Shown one piece after another: positions 10,116-19,788 of a stretch of 64,000 nt of DNA. Each line of letters starts with the position of its first letter. Positions within the stretch are counted from its first letter, which is position 1. Location of the stretch: NCBI GenBank assembly GCA_964548205.1, contig CAZJPJ010000005.1:1021-65020 (forward strand), written 5' to 3'. A model generated the notes under the pieces. That model saw only the letters and a list, made by a program, of their open reading frames with translations. It was not told the origin of the DNA and ran no database searches. Position numbers and translations under genes: made by a program. Source of the DNA: an uncultured Candidatus Saccharibacteria bacterium. GTDB lineage: Bacteria > Patescibacteriota > Minisyncoccia > Phycocordibacterales > WO2-35-19.

Positions 10116-11918
10116 ATGAGTGACAATTCACCAAGAATAACTTATTTTGCTGAAACAGACGCAAGAAATAATCGCGTCAAGTTTGGTATCAAGGACGAAG
10201 ACAGGCTTCGACATGTTTATTCTATCGGCAAGACCGGTATGGGTAAGAGTACGATGCTTGAGAATATGGCCATACAGGATATTAGAAACGGTAACGGTAT
10301 GGCTTTTTTAGACCCACACGGCAAAACAGCCGATCTTTTGCTTGACTATATACCGGAAGAGAGGATAAAAGATGTTATATATTTTGCTCCATTTGATACT
10401 GATTACCCCATATCTTTCAATGTGATGGAAGATGTCGGTCCCGATCGCAGACACTTAGTTGTTTCAGGCCTTATGAGTGCTTTTGAAAAGATTTGGGTCG
10501 ATGCTTGGAGTGCTAGAATGGCTTATATCTTGCAGAATACACTGGCAGCGCTTCTAGAATATCCGGGCGCTACGATGTTGGGTATAAACAGGATGCTAAG
10601 TGATAAGGTCTATAGAAATAAAGTTGTCGATAATATAAAAGACCCGACAGTTAAATCTTTTTGGACAGAGGAATTTGCCAAGTATACAGATAGGTTTGCA
10701 GCTGAAGCTACTCCTGCCATACAAAACAAAGTTGGTCAGTTCACGTCAAACCCCCTAATAAGAAACATAATAGGTCAGCCAAAGTCTTCTTTTGATATAA
10801 GAAAAGCTATGGATGAAAAAAAGATCATCATAGTAAATCTTTCAAAGGGTTTGGTGGGTGAGAATAATGCAAACCTTTTGGGTTCGATGTTGGTAACCAA
10901 GATTTATCTTGCAGCTATGTCTAGAGCAGATGCTTCTCCAAGTGAGTTAAAAAAATTGCCGAATTTTTATCTTTATGTAGACGAGTTTCAATCTTTTGCA
11001 AATAAGAGTTTCGCAGACATATTGTCTGAGGCTAGGAAGTATAAACTTTCTTTAAATATTACTCATCAATACATAGAGCAGATGGCAGAGGAGGTGAGAG
11101 CGGCTGTGTTTGGAAATGTCGGTACCATGGTGTCTTTCAGGGTGGGTTCTTTTGATGCAGAGATACTAGAAAAGGAATTTGCGCCAGTTTTTACTATGGA
11201 AGATATAGTAAATCTTGGTTTTGCGCAGATTTATCTAAAACTCATGATCGATAATGTGGCATCTTCACCCTTTAGTGCTACTACATTGCCCCCTATAGAG
11301 CCACCCAAGATTTCATTTAAGGAAGAGGTAATGAATAATTCTAGAAAAGTATACGCTACGCCTAAAAATGAGGTAGAAGCAGAAATAAAAGCTTGGCATG
11401 AATCAGAAATTCCTCAAAATAATAACGTGATCAAGAAAGCTGGGCCTATGCCAGTAGATAGGGACAGGAAAAATTTTAAAGACGTTGTTGTTAAGAAGAA
11501 CGAAGTAGATAAAAAAGACATAGATAGAAAATTTGAATCTAAAACAGTGGATAATGGTAAAGCTGGCGAGATACCAAACAAGACAAATGTTTTAGCAGAT
11601 GCGATAAAAGTAGCTATGACGAGTAGAGGTGGAGGTGTAGCCACTCTAGAAAATAACGAAAAGCAGGACAAGATTTCATTGAAGGAGTTGGTCAAAGATA
11701 ATAAAAACTCACATAAGCAAGCAAGTCCAGAGAATCTATCGGCTCTAAAAGATGCGCTAACTAAGGTCACAAAGGACAATAGAGATCAGAGTAAGGTTAG
11801 ACCGGAAGATGATGGCTCAAAGACTAACAGCAATGCACAAAAAAAAGAGTCGAATAATGAAGAAAAAAAGGCCAAAGAAGTCTCGGCTGAAGTTTTAAAT
11901 AAAATATTGAATAGCTAA
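10116..11918 (+). CDS. P-loop NTPase of the TraG/VirD4/HerA-like (DUF87-type) superfamily with Lys/Glu-rich low-complexity C-terminus
   Basis: Walker A GKTGMGKST. Walker B-like FYLYVDEFQSF. ~150-aa K/E/D-rich tail. Confidence 0.6.
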   Translation: MSDNSPRITYFAETDARNNRVKFGIKDEDRLRHVYSIGKTGMGKSTMLENMAIQDIRNGNGMAFLDPHGKTADLLLDYIPEERIKDVIYFAPFDTDYPISFNVMEDVGPDRRHLVVSGLMSAFEKIWVDAWSARMAYILQNTLAALLEYPGATMLGINRMLSDKVYRNKVVDNIKDPTVKSFWTEEFAKYTDRFAAEATPAIQNKVGQFTSNPLIRNIIGQPKSSFDIRKAMDEKKIIIVNLSKGLVGENNANLLGSMLVTKIYLAAMSRADASPSELKKLPNFYLYVDEFQSFANKSFADILSEARKYKLSLNITHQYIEQMAEEVRAAVFGNVGTMVSFRVGSFDAEILEKEFAPVFTMEDIVNLGFAQIYLKLMIDNVASSPFSATTLPPIEPPKISFKEEVMNNSRKVYATPKNEVEAEIKAWHESEIPQNNNVIKKAGPMPVDRDRKNFKDVVVKKNEVDKKDIDRKFESKTVDNGKAGEIPNKTNVLADAIKVAMTSRGGGVATLENNEKQDKISLKELVKDNKNSHKQASPENLSALKDALTKVTKDNRDQSKVRPEDDGSKTNSNAQKKESNNEEKKAKEVSAEVLNKILNS

Positions 11919-11949
11919 AAAAACGTGTTAAAATAGGCATGAAATCAAC

Positions 11950-13095
11950 ATGTCTAAGAGGATACTCATATTTTCTACTGCCTACTTTCCATTTGTTGGC
12001 GGGGCAGAAGTTGCAGTTAAAGAGATCACCGATCGAATTTCGGGTGTAGAGTTCGATATGATTACAGCAAAGATGAAGAAAGGATTGCCATTCAAGGAGA
12101 AAGTAGGAAATGTGAATGTATATAGATTGGGAGTCGGAGTGCCAATAATAGACAAACTCCTGCTACCTTTTGATGGGGCTTTTTTTACCAACCATCTTAA
12201 AAAGAAGAATAGCTATGGTGCATATTGGTGTGTTATGTCTACATACGCAAGCGGGGCTGCGTATATAAGCAACATGTTCTCAAAAGTAAAAGTTCCGATC
12301 GTTTTAAACTTACAAGAAGGGGACTCGGAGGAATATTTTAGTAGAAAATGGTTCGGTCTTATCAATTTATCATGGAGATTGGCATTGAAATTTTCTAGCC
12401 ATATCACTGTCTTGAGTAGTTCGCTAAAAGAGAGAGCTCTAAGGTTTGGATACAAGGGTGATTTGGATGTCATACCAAACGCTGTAGATGTTGGTTATTT
12501 TTCTAAACAAATTCATGCTTCAGAAAGAATTGAGATCAGAGATAAATGGAAGGTTGCAAGTGAGGACATTGTCCTTATAACAACTTCTAGGTTAAATGAA
12601 AAAAATGGTATAGCAGACGTTATAAAGTCGCTGCCTCATCTCCAAAATGTGGTATTTGTGGTTTGTGGCGATGGTGAGTTAAGGGGGTCATTAGAAAAGA
12701 GTGCAAGGGAGTTAGGAGTAGAGCGGAGAGTTGTTTTTCTTGGTAATATTTCTCATGCTGATTTACCAAAGTATCTACAAGCCGCTGATATATTTATAAG
12801 GCCTTCTCTGTCAGAAGGATTCGGGGTTTCTTTTGTAGAGGCAATGGCTGCCAAAATTCCAGTTATAGCTACTCCAGTTGGCGGAATAGTTGATTTTGTC
12901 AGAGACGGAGAGACTGGTTATTTGTGCAAACCACATGATTATCTTAGTATTGTCGATACCGTTAGACGGGTGATTAATGATGAAAATAAAGGCAAAGTTG
13001 TAAACACAGCGTTTGAAATGGTAAAGGAGAAGTATGATTGGGATAGGATTGCGCCGAAAGTATTAGAAGTGTTTGATAAAATTGGTAAAAGATAA
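11950..13095 (+). CDS. Glycosyltransferase, GT4 family
   Basis: EGFGVSFVEAMAAKIPVIATPVGG GT4 signature. N-terminal MSKRILIFSTAYFPFVGGAE. Confidence 0.75.
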   Translation: MSKRILIFSTAYFPFVGGAEVAVKEITDRISGVEFDMITAKMKKGLPFKEKVGNVNVYRLGVGVPIIDKLLLPFDGAFFTNHLKKKNSYGAYWCVMSTYASGAAYISNMFSKVKVPIVLNLQEGDSEEYFSRKWFGLINLSWRLALKFSSHITVLSSSLKERALRFGYKGDLDVIPNAVDVGYFSKQIHASERIEIRDKWKVASEDIVLITTSRLNEKNGIADVIKSLPHLQNVVFVVCGDGELRGSLEKSARELGVERRVVFLGNISHADLPKYLQAADIFIRPSLSEGFGVSFVEAMAAKIPVIATPVGGIVDFVRDGETGYLCKPHDYLSIVDTVRRVINDENKGKVVNTAFEMVKEKYDWDRIAPKVLEVFDKIGKR

Positions 13096-13105
13096 TATCA
13101 GGTAT

Positions 13106-14059
13106 ATGAAAAATATTTTAGTAACAGGGTGTGCTGGTTTTATAGGAAGTAATTTTTGTCGACAGTTTGCTGATCAGTTTTCTAATGTAAAGGTTATAGG
13201 TCTAGACGATCTTTCCAGTGGTAGAAGGGAAGTGATAGATAAGAGAGTAAAATTCTATAAAGGCTCCATAATAAATGAAAAATTAGTTGAAAACATATTT
13301 AAGACAGAGAAGCCTGAGTATGTGTTCCATTTTGCAGCCATACCTAGGGTTTCTTTTTCGGTTGAAGAACCTGTCAAAACTACTGATGCAAATGTGTTGG
13401 GCACTGTTGTCATATTAAATGCCGCTCGCAAGTATTCGGTCAAGAGAGTCGTATTGTCCTCTTCTTCTTCTGTTTATGGTGGGGCAAAAAAATTACCAAC
13501 AAAAGAAATAGAAAATTTACCTGATCCAAAATCTCCTTATGCTGGACAGAAGTATTGCGACGAGGTTTTTTGTAAAATCTTTGGTGATATATATAAGCTT
13601 GATACAGTCTGTCTACGATATTTCAATGTATATGGTCCGGGTCAGTATGGGGATTCTGCTTATTCTACTGTCATATCTGCTTGGCTAGAAGCTCTGTATT
13701 TTCCAAAAAATAAAAAAGCTTTTATAGAAGGGGATGGTAATCAGTCTAGGGATTTTTGTTATGTAGACAATGTGGTTCAGGCCAATATTAAGGCTATGCA
13801 AATGAAGAAGAACTCTTTTGGAGAAGTTTTTAATATTGCTCATGGTGAAAGAACTAGTGTAAACACTGTTAAAAAGCTTATAGAAAAACATACAGAAAGA
13901 AGACTGGAATTAGAGAAGAGAGCTTCAAGAATAGGAGATGTCAAACATACTCATGCAGATATTTCTAAAGCTAAAAAATGGTTTGGATATAATCCTACCG
14001 TCACATTCGAAGAAGGACTTGTGGAAACGGTTAAGTGGTTCAAAAATAGAAAGAAATGA
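13106..14059 (+). CDS. NAD-dependent epimerase/dehydratase (extended SDR, nucleotide-sugar modifying)
   Basis: Rossmann GCAGFIGSN. Catalytic YAGQK (YxxxK). SSSSVYG. Start taken at MKNILVTG (the ORF-track start 13073 overlaps the upstream gene). Confidence 0.75.
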   Translation: MKNILVTGCAGFIGSNFCRQFADQFSNVKVIGLDDLSSGRREVIDKRVKFYKGSIINEKLVENIFKTEKPEYVFHFAAIPRVSFSVEEPVKTTDANVLGTVVILNAARKYSVKRVVLSSSSSVYGGAKKLPTKEIENLPDPKSPYAGQKYCDEVFCKIFGDIYKLDTVCLRYFNVYGPGQYGDSAYSTVISAWLEALYFPKNKKAFIEGDGNQSRDFCYVDNVVQANIKAMQMKKNSFGEVFNIAHGERTSVNTVKKLIEKHTERRLELEKRASRIGDVKHTHADISKAKKWFGYNPTVTFEEGLVETVKWFKNRKK

Positions 14060-15057
14060 AAATATTGGTGACAACAGGAATATATCCGCCAAAGATTGGA
14101 GGTCCAGCTCAGTATGCTAAAAACTTGAAAGAGGCATTTGAGAAAGCTGGCCATGATGTGCGTATTAAAACTTATGCTATCGAAAACAAATTGCCAACAG
14201 GTGCGCGTCATATTTTTTTCTTCCTAAAGATTTTACCAGTGTTAATTTCTTCAGACATCGTATACGCACTAGATACTTATAGTGTAGGGTTCCCTTCTGT
14301 TTTCGCTGCTAAAATCTTTAGGAAAAAGTGTATCATAAGGACTGGTGGGGATTTCCTCTGGGAACAATATATCGAAAGGTCTAGGAGGAAGGTTCTTTTG
14401 AGAGATTTTTATTATTCTGAAAAGACCAACTTTAGTCTGAAGGAACGAGTGATCTTCTTTGTCACAAAATGGACCCTCAACAATGCTTTCAAGGTAATTT
14501 TCTCTACTGATTGGCAGAGAAAGATATTTGCCGATGCTTACGATATTGACCTGACGAAAACGGATATAGTAGAAAACTTCTATGGTCCAAAAGAATCTGA
14601 TCTGGAACCAAAAGAAGTTGAATTCATTGCATCTAGTAGAAATCGTGTTTGGAAGAATCTTAATTTGTTAAAAATGATTTTTACAAGAATATCAAACCAA
14701 AAACCGGAAACAAAACTTTTTCTTGATCATTTGCCGTATGATAAATTTATGGAAAGAATGTCTAATTGTTTTGCTGTTATACTTATCTCTTTGGGAGACA
14801 TAAGCCCGAATATGATTTTGGACGCTATCAGACTGAATCGGCCATTTATTTGTACCAAAGAAATCGGAATCTATGATCGGATTAAAGACGCGGGTTTTTT
14901 TGTCGATCCGCAGAACGAACAAGAAATAGAAGAAGCTTTGATGTATCTTTTGACTGAAGAAGGTTATAGAGAAGCGAAGCACCGAGTATCTAGTTTTAAC
15001 TATGTTCATACATGGCAGGACATCGCAAGGGAATTTATTGATACATTAAAAAAGTAA
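14056..15057 (+). CDS. Glycosyltransferase (GT-B, GT4-like)
   Basis: N-terminal MKILVTTGIYPPKIGGPAQYAKNL typical of GT4 N-domains. ATGA start/stop overlap with the upstream gene. Confidence 0.55.
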   Translation: MKILVTTGIYPPKIGGPAQYAKNLKEAFEKAGHDVRIKTYAIENKLPTGARHIFFFLKILPVLISSDIVYALDTYSVGFPSVFAAKIFRKKCIIRTGGDFLWEQYIERSRRKVLLRDFYYSEKTNFSLKERVIFFVTKWTLNNAFKVIFSTDWQRKIFADAYDIDLTKTDIVENFYGPKESDLEPKEVEFIASSRNRVWKNLNLLKMIFTRISNQKPETKLFLDHLPYDKFMERMSNCFAVILISLGDISPNMILDAIRLNRPFICTKEIGIYDRIKDAGFFVDPQNEQEIEEALMYLLTEEGYREAKHRVSSFNYVHTWQDIAREFIDTLKK

Positions 15058-15060
15058 AAT

Positions 15061-16629
15061 ATGAAAATTATATCTTTGGGAATGGGTCAGAAGATATTTG
15101 AAGAAGACTCTACGGTCAGACAGAGAATGATTGAATACGGTAAGATTTTTGATGAGCTCCATATTGTTGTGTTTACTCCAAATTTGGAAAGATATAACAA
15201 ACAAAATATTGCCCCCAATGTATTTTTGTATCCTACGAGGTCAAAAGCAAGAATACTTTACGTGTTTGATTTTTTAAACATTGTAAGACAAATCATAGAA
15301 AAAATAGGCAATAAAGATTTGGTAATAAGCACTCAAGACCCGTTTGAAACTGGCTTGGTTGGTTTGTTGCTTAAACTTCGTTTTGGTCTGCCTCTGCAAG
15401 TCCAAATACATACTGATTTTGTAAATAAGTTTTTTATTAAACATTCAGTACTCAATTTTATTCGTTTACTTATTTCGCACCTAATTTTGCCTTATGCTGA
15501 TGGTGTTAGGGTTGTTTCCAAAAAAATCAGAGACTCGATCACTGATCTGTCTAGTAGTATAAGTATTTTACCGATTCTAACTACCACTAACGTTCAAAGC
15601 CAAAGCATAGAAAAACCAAGTATTTTTTCTATTATAACCGTAAGTAGACTAGAAAGCGAAAAAGCTATTTCGTTGGGTATCAAAGCATTTGCCAAATTTT
15701 TGGAAAATGGTATTAAGTCGAGGTATGTTATTGTTGGGGATGGCTCAGAAAGAAAAAGACTCGAAAAATTAGCCGAGGAACTTGGTGTAGCCGACAAGGT
15801 TTATTTTGTGGGTTGGCAAAACGACATTAGCCCTTTTTATGCTGGGGCAGATGCTTACCTTTCGACTTCCCTTTATGAGGGTTATGGCATGACTCTGATC
15901 GAAGCTTCTTTATCTGGCTTGCCGATTATAATGACCGATACTGGTTTGGCTGGAGATATTTTTATAGATGGCAAAAGTGCACTTGTCTGCAAACAAAATG
16001 ATGTAGTTGGTTTGGCCGAAGCGCTTTTTCATCTTGCTACTGACAAAACTTTTGCACAAAAGATTGCAGATAGTGGTAAAAAACAGGTTACAAGCAGACA
16101 GATTTCAAAAGAGGTTTATCTAGAAAGATACAAGAAGGCTTTGCTCCCATTGTTGAGTGTAAAGATTGCCGGAAATATTTTTAGTCGAGTTATTGAGTTG
16201 GTAAAAAATATGGTGGGCCATATTAGGTTGTTGCGTTTTGCGATTGGTGGGCTTTCTATTGCCTTAGCTCAAATATTGCTTCTCTATATTCTGACTGAAT
16301 TTGCTGGCTACTGGTATCTGCTTTCCTCAGCTATGTCTTTTTGTTTCGCTGTAATCACTAGTTTTCTGGTCCAGAAATATTGGGCGTTTAGGGATCATTC
16401 CAAAGAAAGAGCTGTAAGGCAGTTTATACAATTTGTTATAGTGGCCTTAATCGGTATCGCTACGAATACAGTTTCGATGTTTTTTTGGGTTGATTTGGTT
16501 CATGTTTGGTATGTTCTGGCTCAGGTATTTACGGGAGCTATAATAATGATTATTAATTTCCTAATATATAGATTTGTCATTTTTAAAAATACCTATGAAG
16601 ATTCTAATAATTACCCAGAAAATAGATAG
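15061..16629 (+). CDS. Fusion protein: GT4 glycosyltransferase + C-terminal GtrA-like 4-TM domain
   Basis: GT4 block YEGYGMTLIEASLSGLPIIMTDTGLAGDI. C-terminal LRFAIGGLSIALAQILLLYILTEFAGYWYLLSSAMSFCFAVITSFLVQKYWAFRD matches the GtrA-family pattern. Confidence 0.65.
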   Translation: MKIISLGMGQKIFEEDSTVRQRMIEYGKIFDELHIVVFTPNLERYNKQNIAPNVFLYPTRSKARILYVFDFLNIVRQIIEKIGNKDLVISTQDPFETGLVGLLLKLRFGLPLQVQIHTDFVNKFFIKHSVLNFIRLLISHLILPYADGVRVVSKKIRDSITDLSSSISILPILTTTNVQSQSIEKPSIFSIITVSRLESEKAISLGIKAFAKFLENGIKSRYVIVGDGSERKRLEKLAEELGVADKVYFVGWQNDISPFYAGADAYLSTSLYEGYGMTLIEASLSGLPIIMTDTGLAGDIFIDGKSALVCKQNDVVGLAEALFHLATDKTFAQKIADSGKKQVTSRQISKEVYLERYKKALLPLLSVKIAGNIFSRVIELVKNMVGHIRLLRFAIGGLSIALAQILLLYILTEFAGYWYLLSSAMSFCFAVITSFLVQKYWAFRDHSKERAVRQFIQFVIVALIGIATNTVSMFFWVDLVHVWYVLAQVFTGAIIMIINFLIYRFVIFKNTYEDSNNYPENR

Positions 16630-17611
16630 CTCAGATCCAGTATTAGGATTTTTCCATAATTGGGTTCTGAAACTTGCTCCCAATTTTGATAAGGTATCGG
16701 TAATTTGTCTGGAAAAAGGAAGGTTTGATTTGCCAGAAAACGTAAGAGTGTATTCGTTGGGTAAAGAAAAGGGGAGAAACATATTCAAGTACGTATCTCG
16801 TTTATACATGTATGTATTAGGTCTTGCTACGGAGTATGATGCTGTGTTTGTACATATGAATGAAGAATATATGGTTCTCGCTGGATTTTTGTGGAAGATT
16901 TTGAGAAAAAAAGTATATTTTTGGCGTAACCACCCCAAAGGCGGGGTCTTTACCAAGATTGGATGCCTTTTTGCAAATAAAATATTTGCCACTTCTCCCA
17001 AAACCTTTGTGATGAGGTATAAAAAAGCTATTCTCATGCCGGTAGGGGTGGATGTAGAAAAGTACAAAGTTCAAAGTGCAAAGCTAAAAGGAGAGAATAG
17101 CATTTTGTCTTTAGGCAGAATATCGCCGATAAAGAATATACACCTGATGGTAGAGGCGGCAGAAATACTAAAAGGTAAAAATAAAGAATTTATCTTTGAT
17201 ATTATGGGCGATCCTGTAAATAAAGAAGATTTTGAATACAGAGAGCAATTAAACAAATCTGGAGCTGTAAATTTTGCAGCTGCAGTAGCCAATGATAAGG
17301 CTCCAGAAATATATGGGTCTCACAAAATATTTATAAACATGACAGAGTCTGGAAGTATGGACAAGACAATTTTTGAAGCCATACTTTGTGGGTGTGTGCC
17401 GATAGTAGCAAATGATTTTTTTGACGAAATATTCGATCGGGAAATGATTTCGCGACTTGATGCAGGTGCCCTTGCTTCAAAAATAGAATATTGGTTAAAA
17501 CAAGGTGATTCAAGGTTTGAAGAGGCTAGAACAAGGCTTCGTAAATATGTGCTTGAAAATCACAGTTTAAATGCTTTAATAGACGGACTATGTACAGAAA
17601 TAAGAAAGTAA
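16595..17611 (+). CDS. Glycosyltransferase (GT-B, GT4-like)
   Basis: MKILIITQKID N-terminus. C-terminal GT-B fold with ...EAILCGCVPIVAND. The ORF-track start 16574 overlaps the upstream gene, so the internal ATG was preferred. Confidence 0.55.
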   Translation: MKILIITQKIDSSDPVLGFFHNWVLKLAPNFDKVSVICLEKGRFDLPENVRVYSLGKEKGRNIFKYVSRLYMYVLGLATEYDAVFVHMNEEYMVLAGFLWKILRKKVYFWRNHPKGGVFTKIGCLFANKIFATSPKTFVMRYKKAILMPVGVDVEKYKVQSAKLKGENSILSLGRISPIKNIHLMVEAAEILKGKNKEFIFDIMGDPVNKEDFEYREQLNKSGAVNFAAAVANDKAPEIYGSHKIFINMTESGSMDKTIFEAILCGCVPIVANDFFDEIFDREMISRLDAGALASKIEYWLKQGDSRFEEARTRLRKYVLENHSLNALIDGLCTEIRK

Positions 17612-19788
17612 GTGTTGTTATTCCAACCTATAATGAAGCTGATTCTATAAGGGCCACAATAGAGGCTTTTTATGCTACAGGAGTGGTGGATGAGGTTGTC
17701 GCTGTAGATAACAATGCTCTCCGTCACACTTCCTCTGAGATACAGAAAACAAAGGCTATACATATAAAAGAGGAGAGACAGGGCTATGGATATGCCTTGA
17801 TGAGAGGCTTAAATGAAGCCACTGGAGATTTGATCATAATGTGTGAGGCTGATGGCACAGCAGAGCCTAAAGATGTTTTAAAATTTCTTCTTTATAGCGA
17901 TAGCTTTCCTGTTGTTTTGAGTACGCGTACTTCTAGAGCTGCTATATTTTCTGGAGCTTTCATGCCATTTCCGGTAAGGGTGGGTAATTGGCTTTGGGCC
18001 AAGATAGTAGAAGTGTTGTTCAACGGGCCTTCTATGTCGGATATTGGTTCTACTTATAAACTCATAGATAGAGAAACTCTTGAAAAAATAAAAAAATATT
18101 TTGCGCTCTCAGATGGTGATGGTAAGTTTTCTCCAGAATTTATAATGTGGGTTATTCATGCAGGGGTTATGCCTATAGAGATACCTGTGCTATTTAAGCC
18201 ACGTATAGGTGAGTCTATGTATACAGGTAGTGTTTGGCGAGCGGCAAAACTAGGGTTTAGAGAGCTGTGGATGATCATAAAATACCGCTTGGGAATTATA
18301 AGCATGAAAAAATTGTCCAAAAAAAATATTGTTTCAAATTATGAGTTAGTTGCCATGACTCTAGTGTTTATTTCGTCTTTGTTTGTTAGGCTATTTTCTG
18401 CTTTAAGGTTTTCAAATGATGATCAGTTTATTCTTTATAGATACATCCAGAATATTGCAGATGGCAATGGTTTTGTTTATAACCTCGGCGAGAGGGTGTT
18501 GGGAGCGACAACTCCTTTGTTTACTTTGACTGGAGCTTTGTTAAAGTATCTTTTCTATTCACAAAATGTTCCAGACATAGTGGCTGTATTAAATATCATA
18601 CTCATAACTCTAGCTTCACTTTTCTTTTTTAAGTTGGTTCAGCATTTTGTTTCTCTGAGGTTTACATTATTATCTACACTTATATTTGGATTTAATCTTG
18701 CGAGAGTGATTCCAGAAGGAATGGAGACTAGCTTATTTATTCTTCTAGTACTTTCTTTTTTGCATTATATTTTTAATGCTAGAAAAAATATCTCCGCATT
18801 ATTGCTGGGTCTATTGTTGCTTACTAGACCGGATGGGGTAATCATAGCTGCATTCGGCTTGATGTACGTCTTTATAAATTTCGGTAGACAGGCCGCTATA
18901 AAGTTTGTCGTAATTACTAGTTGTGTTGTGCTTCCATGGTTGTTGTTTTCAACATTTTATTTTGGCTCATTTATTCCTCAATCGGTTATTGCTAAGACTC
19001 ATACTAACGATATTGTAAACCAAGTGAGCTATCAAGCATTCAAGGTACAATTTTCAAGTATAAGTAGAATATATTGGGGTAAATTATATGATCCTGACAA
19101 TATAAAATCCCAAATTGCTTTCAATTTGTTGCCGATGTTGGCCCTTATTGTTTTTTCACTTAGAAAAATTGACTATAAAAAATATTGGCTACTTTATGTA
19201 ATACCTCTTTCCTACCTTTTAACATATGGACTAAGTAACCCAGTCATGTTCCCGTGGTATTTAAGTCAGATGGAGCCTTTTTGGATAATCTTATCGTACG
19301 TGGGAGTTGTATATCTATATTCAATAATTAAATATAGGACTTTGGCACTTACCATGCTTGTATTATTTATAATTACCCCGCCCGCTTTTGGGTGGTATCA
19401 ATTAGTGTCAAGAAATGATCCTGGATCAAAGACCCCATTATTTGAAGTCGGAGAATATTTGAAAGATAATGTCAAAGATAGAGAAACTGTTGGGGTAAAT
19501 AACATAGGCATCATAGGTTATATAAGCGATGCTTACATAATAGATTTTTTTGGTTTGGTGAATAATGATTCTCCTTATTTTTATCCAGTAAATGAGTGTG
19601 TAGATAAGAGTATCCAGTATATTATTCCTCCAAATCTTATCCAACATTTCTCTCCTGATTGGTTGGTGGTTAGTGGTGAGACAGAGCTGACCGAATGTTT
19701 TAAAAAAGGAAAATGGTTCAAGAATAATTATCAGTTAGATCAAAGTATTAGTTCCGCGAGGATATACCGAAAATCAAATGAATTTTAA
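17590..19788 (+). CDS. Fusion protein: N-terminal GT2 polyprenyl-phosphate glycosyltransferase (DPM/Ppm-like) + C-terminal polytopic GT-C-like membrane domain
   Basis: VSVVIPTYNEADSI...VDNNALRHTS...GYGYALMRG...MCEADGT (GT2 DxD region). About 12 predicted TM helices follow, with loop YRYIQNIADGNGFVYNLGERVLGATTPLF. Confidence 0.65.
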   Translation: MYRNKKVSVVIPTYNEADSIRATIEAFYATGVVDEVVAVDNNALRHTSSEIQKTKAIHIKEERQGYGYALMRGLNEATGDLIIMCEADGTAEPKDVLKFLLYSDSFPVVLSTRTSRAAIFSGAFMPFPVRVGNWLWAKIVEVLFNGPSMSDIGSTYKLIDRETLEKIKKYFALSDGDGKFSPEFIMWVIHAGVMPIEIPVLFKPRIGESMYTGSVWRAAKLGFRELWMIIKYRLGIISMKKLSKKNIVSNYELVAMTLVFISSLFVRLFSALRFSNDDQFILYRYIQNIADGNGFVYNLGERVLGATTPLFTLTGALLKYLFYSQNVPDIVAVLNIILITLASLFFFKLVQHFVSLRFTLLSTLIFGFNLARVIPEGMETSLFILLVLSFLHYIFNARKNISALLLGLLLLTRPDGVIIAAFGLMYVFINFGRQAAIKFVVITSCVVLPWLLFSTFYFGSFIPQSVIAKTHTNDIVNQVSYQAFKVQFSSISRIYWGKLYDPDNIKSQIAFNLLPMLALIVFSLRKIDYKKYWLLYVIPLSYLLTYGLSNPVMFPWYLSQMEPFWIILSYVGVVYLYSIIKYRTLALTMLVLFIITPPAFGWYQLVSRNDPGSKTPLFEVGEYLKDNVKDRETVGVNNIGIIGYISDAYIIDFFGLVNNDSPYFYPVNECVDKSIQYIIPPNLIQHFSPDWLVVSGETELTECFKKGKWFKNNYQLDQSISSARIYRKSNEF

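Noticed and set aside
16561-17067. 168-aa antisense ORF across the GT4-GtrA / GT junction
   Set aside because: Antisense to two supported glycosyltransferase genes. No motifs.
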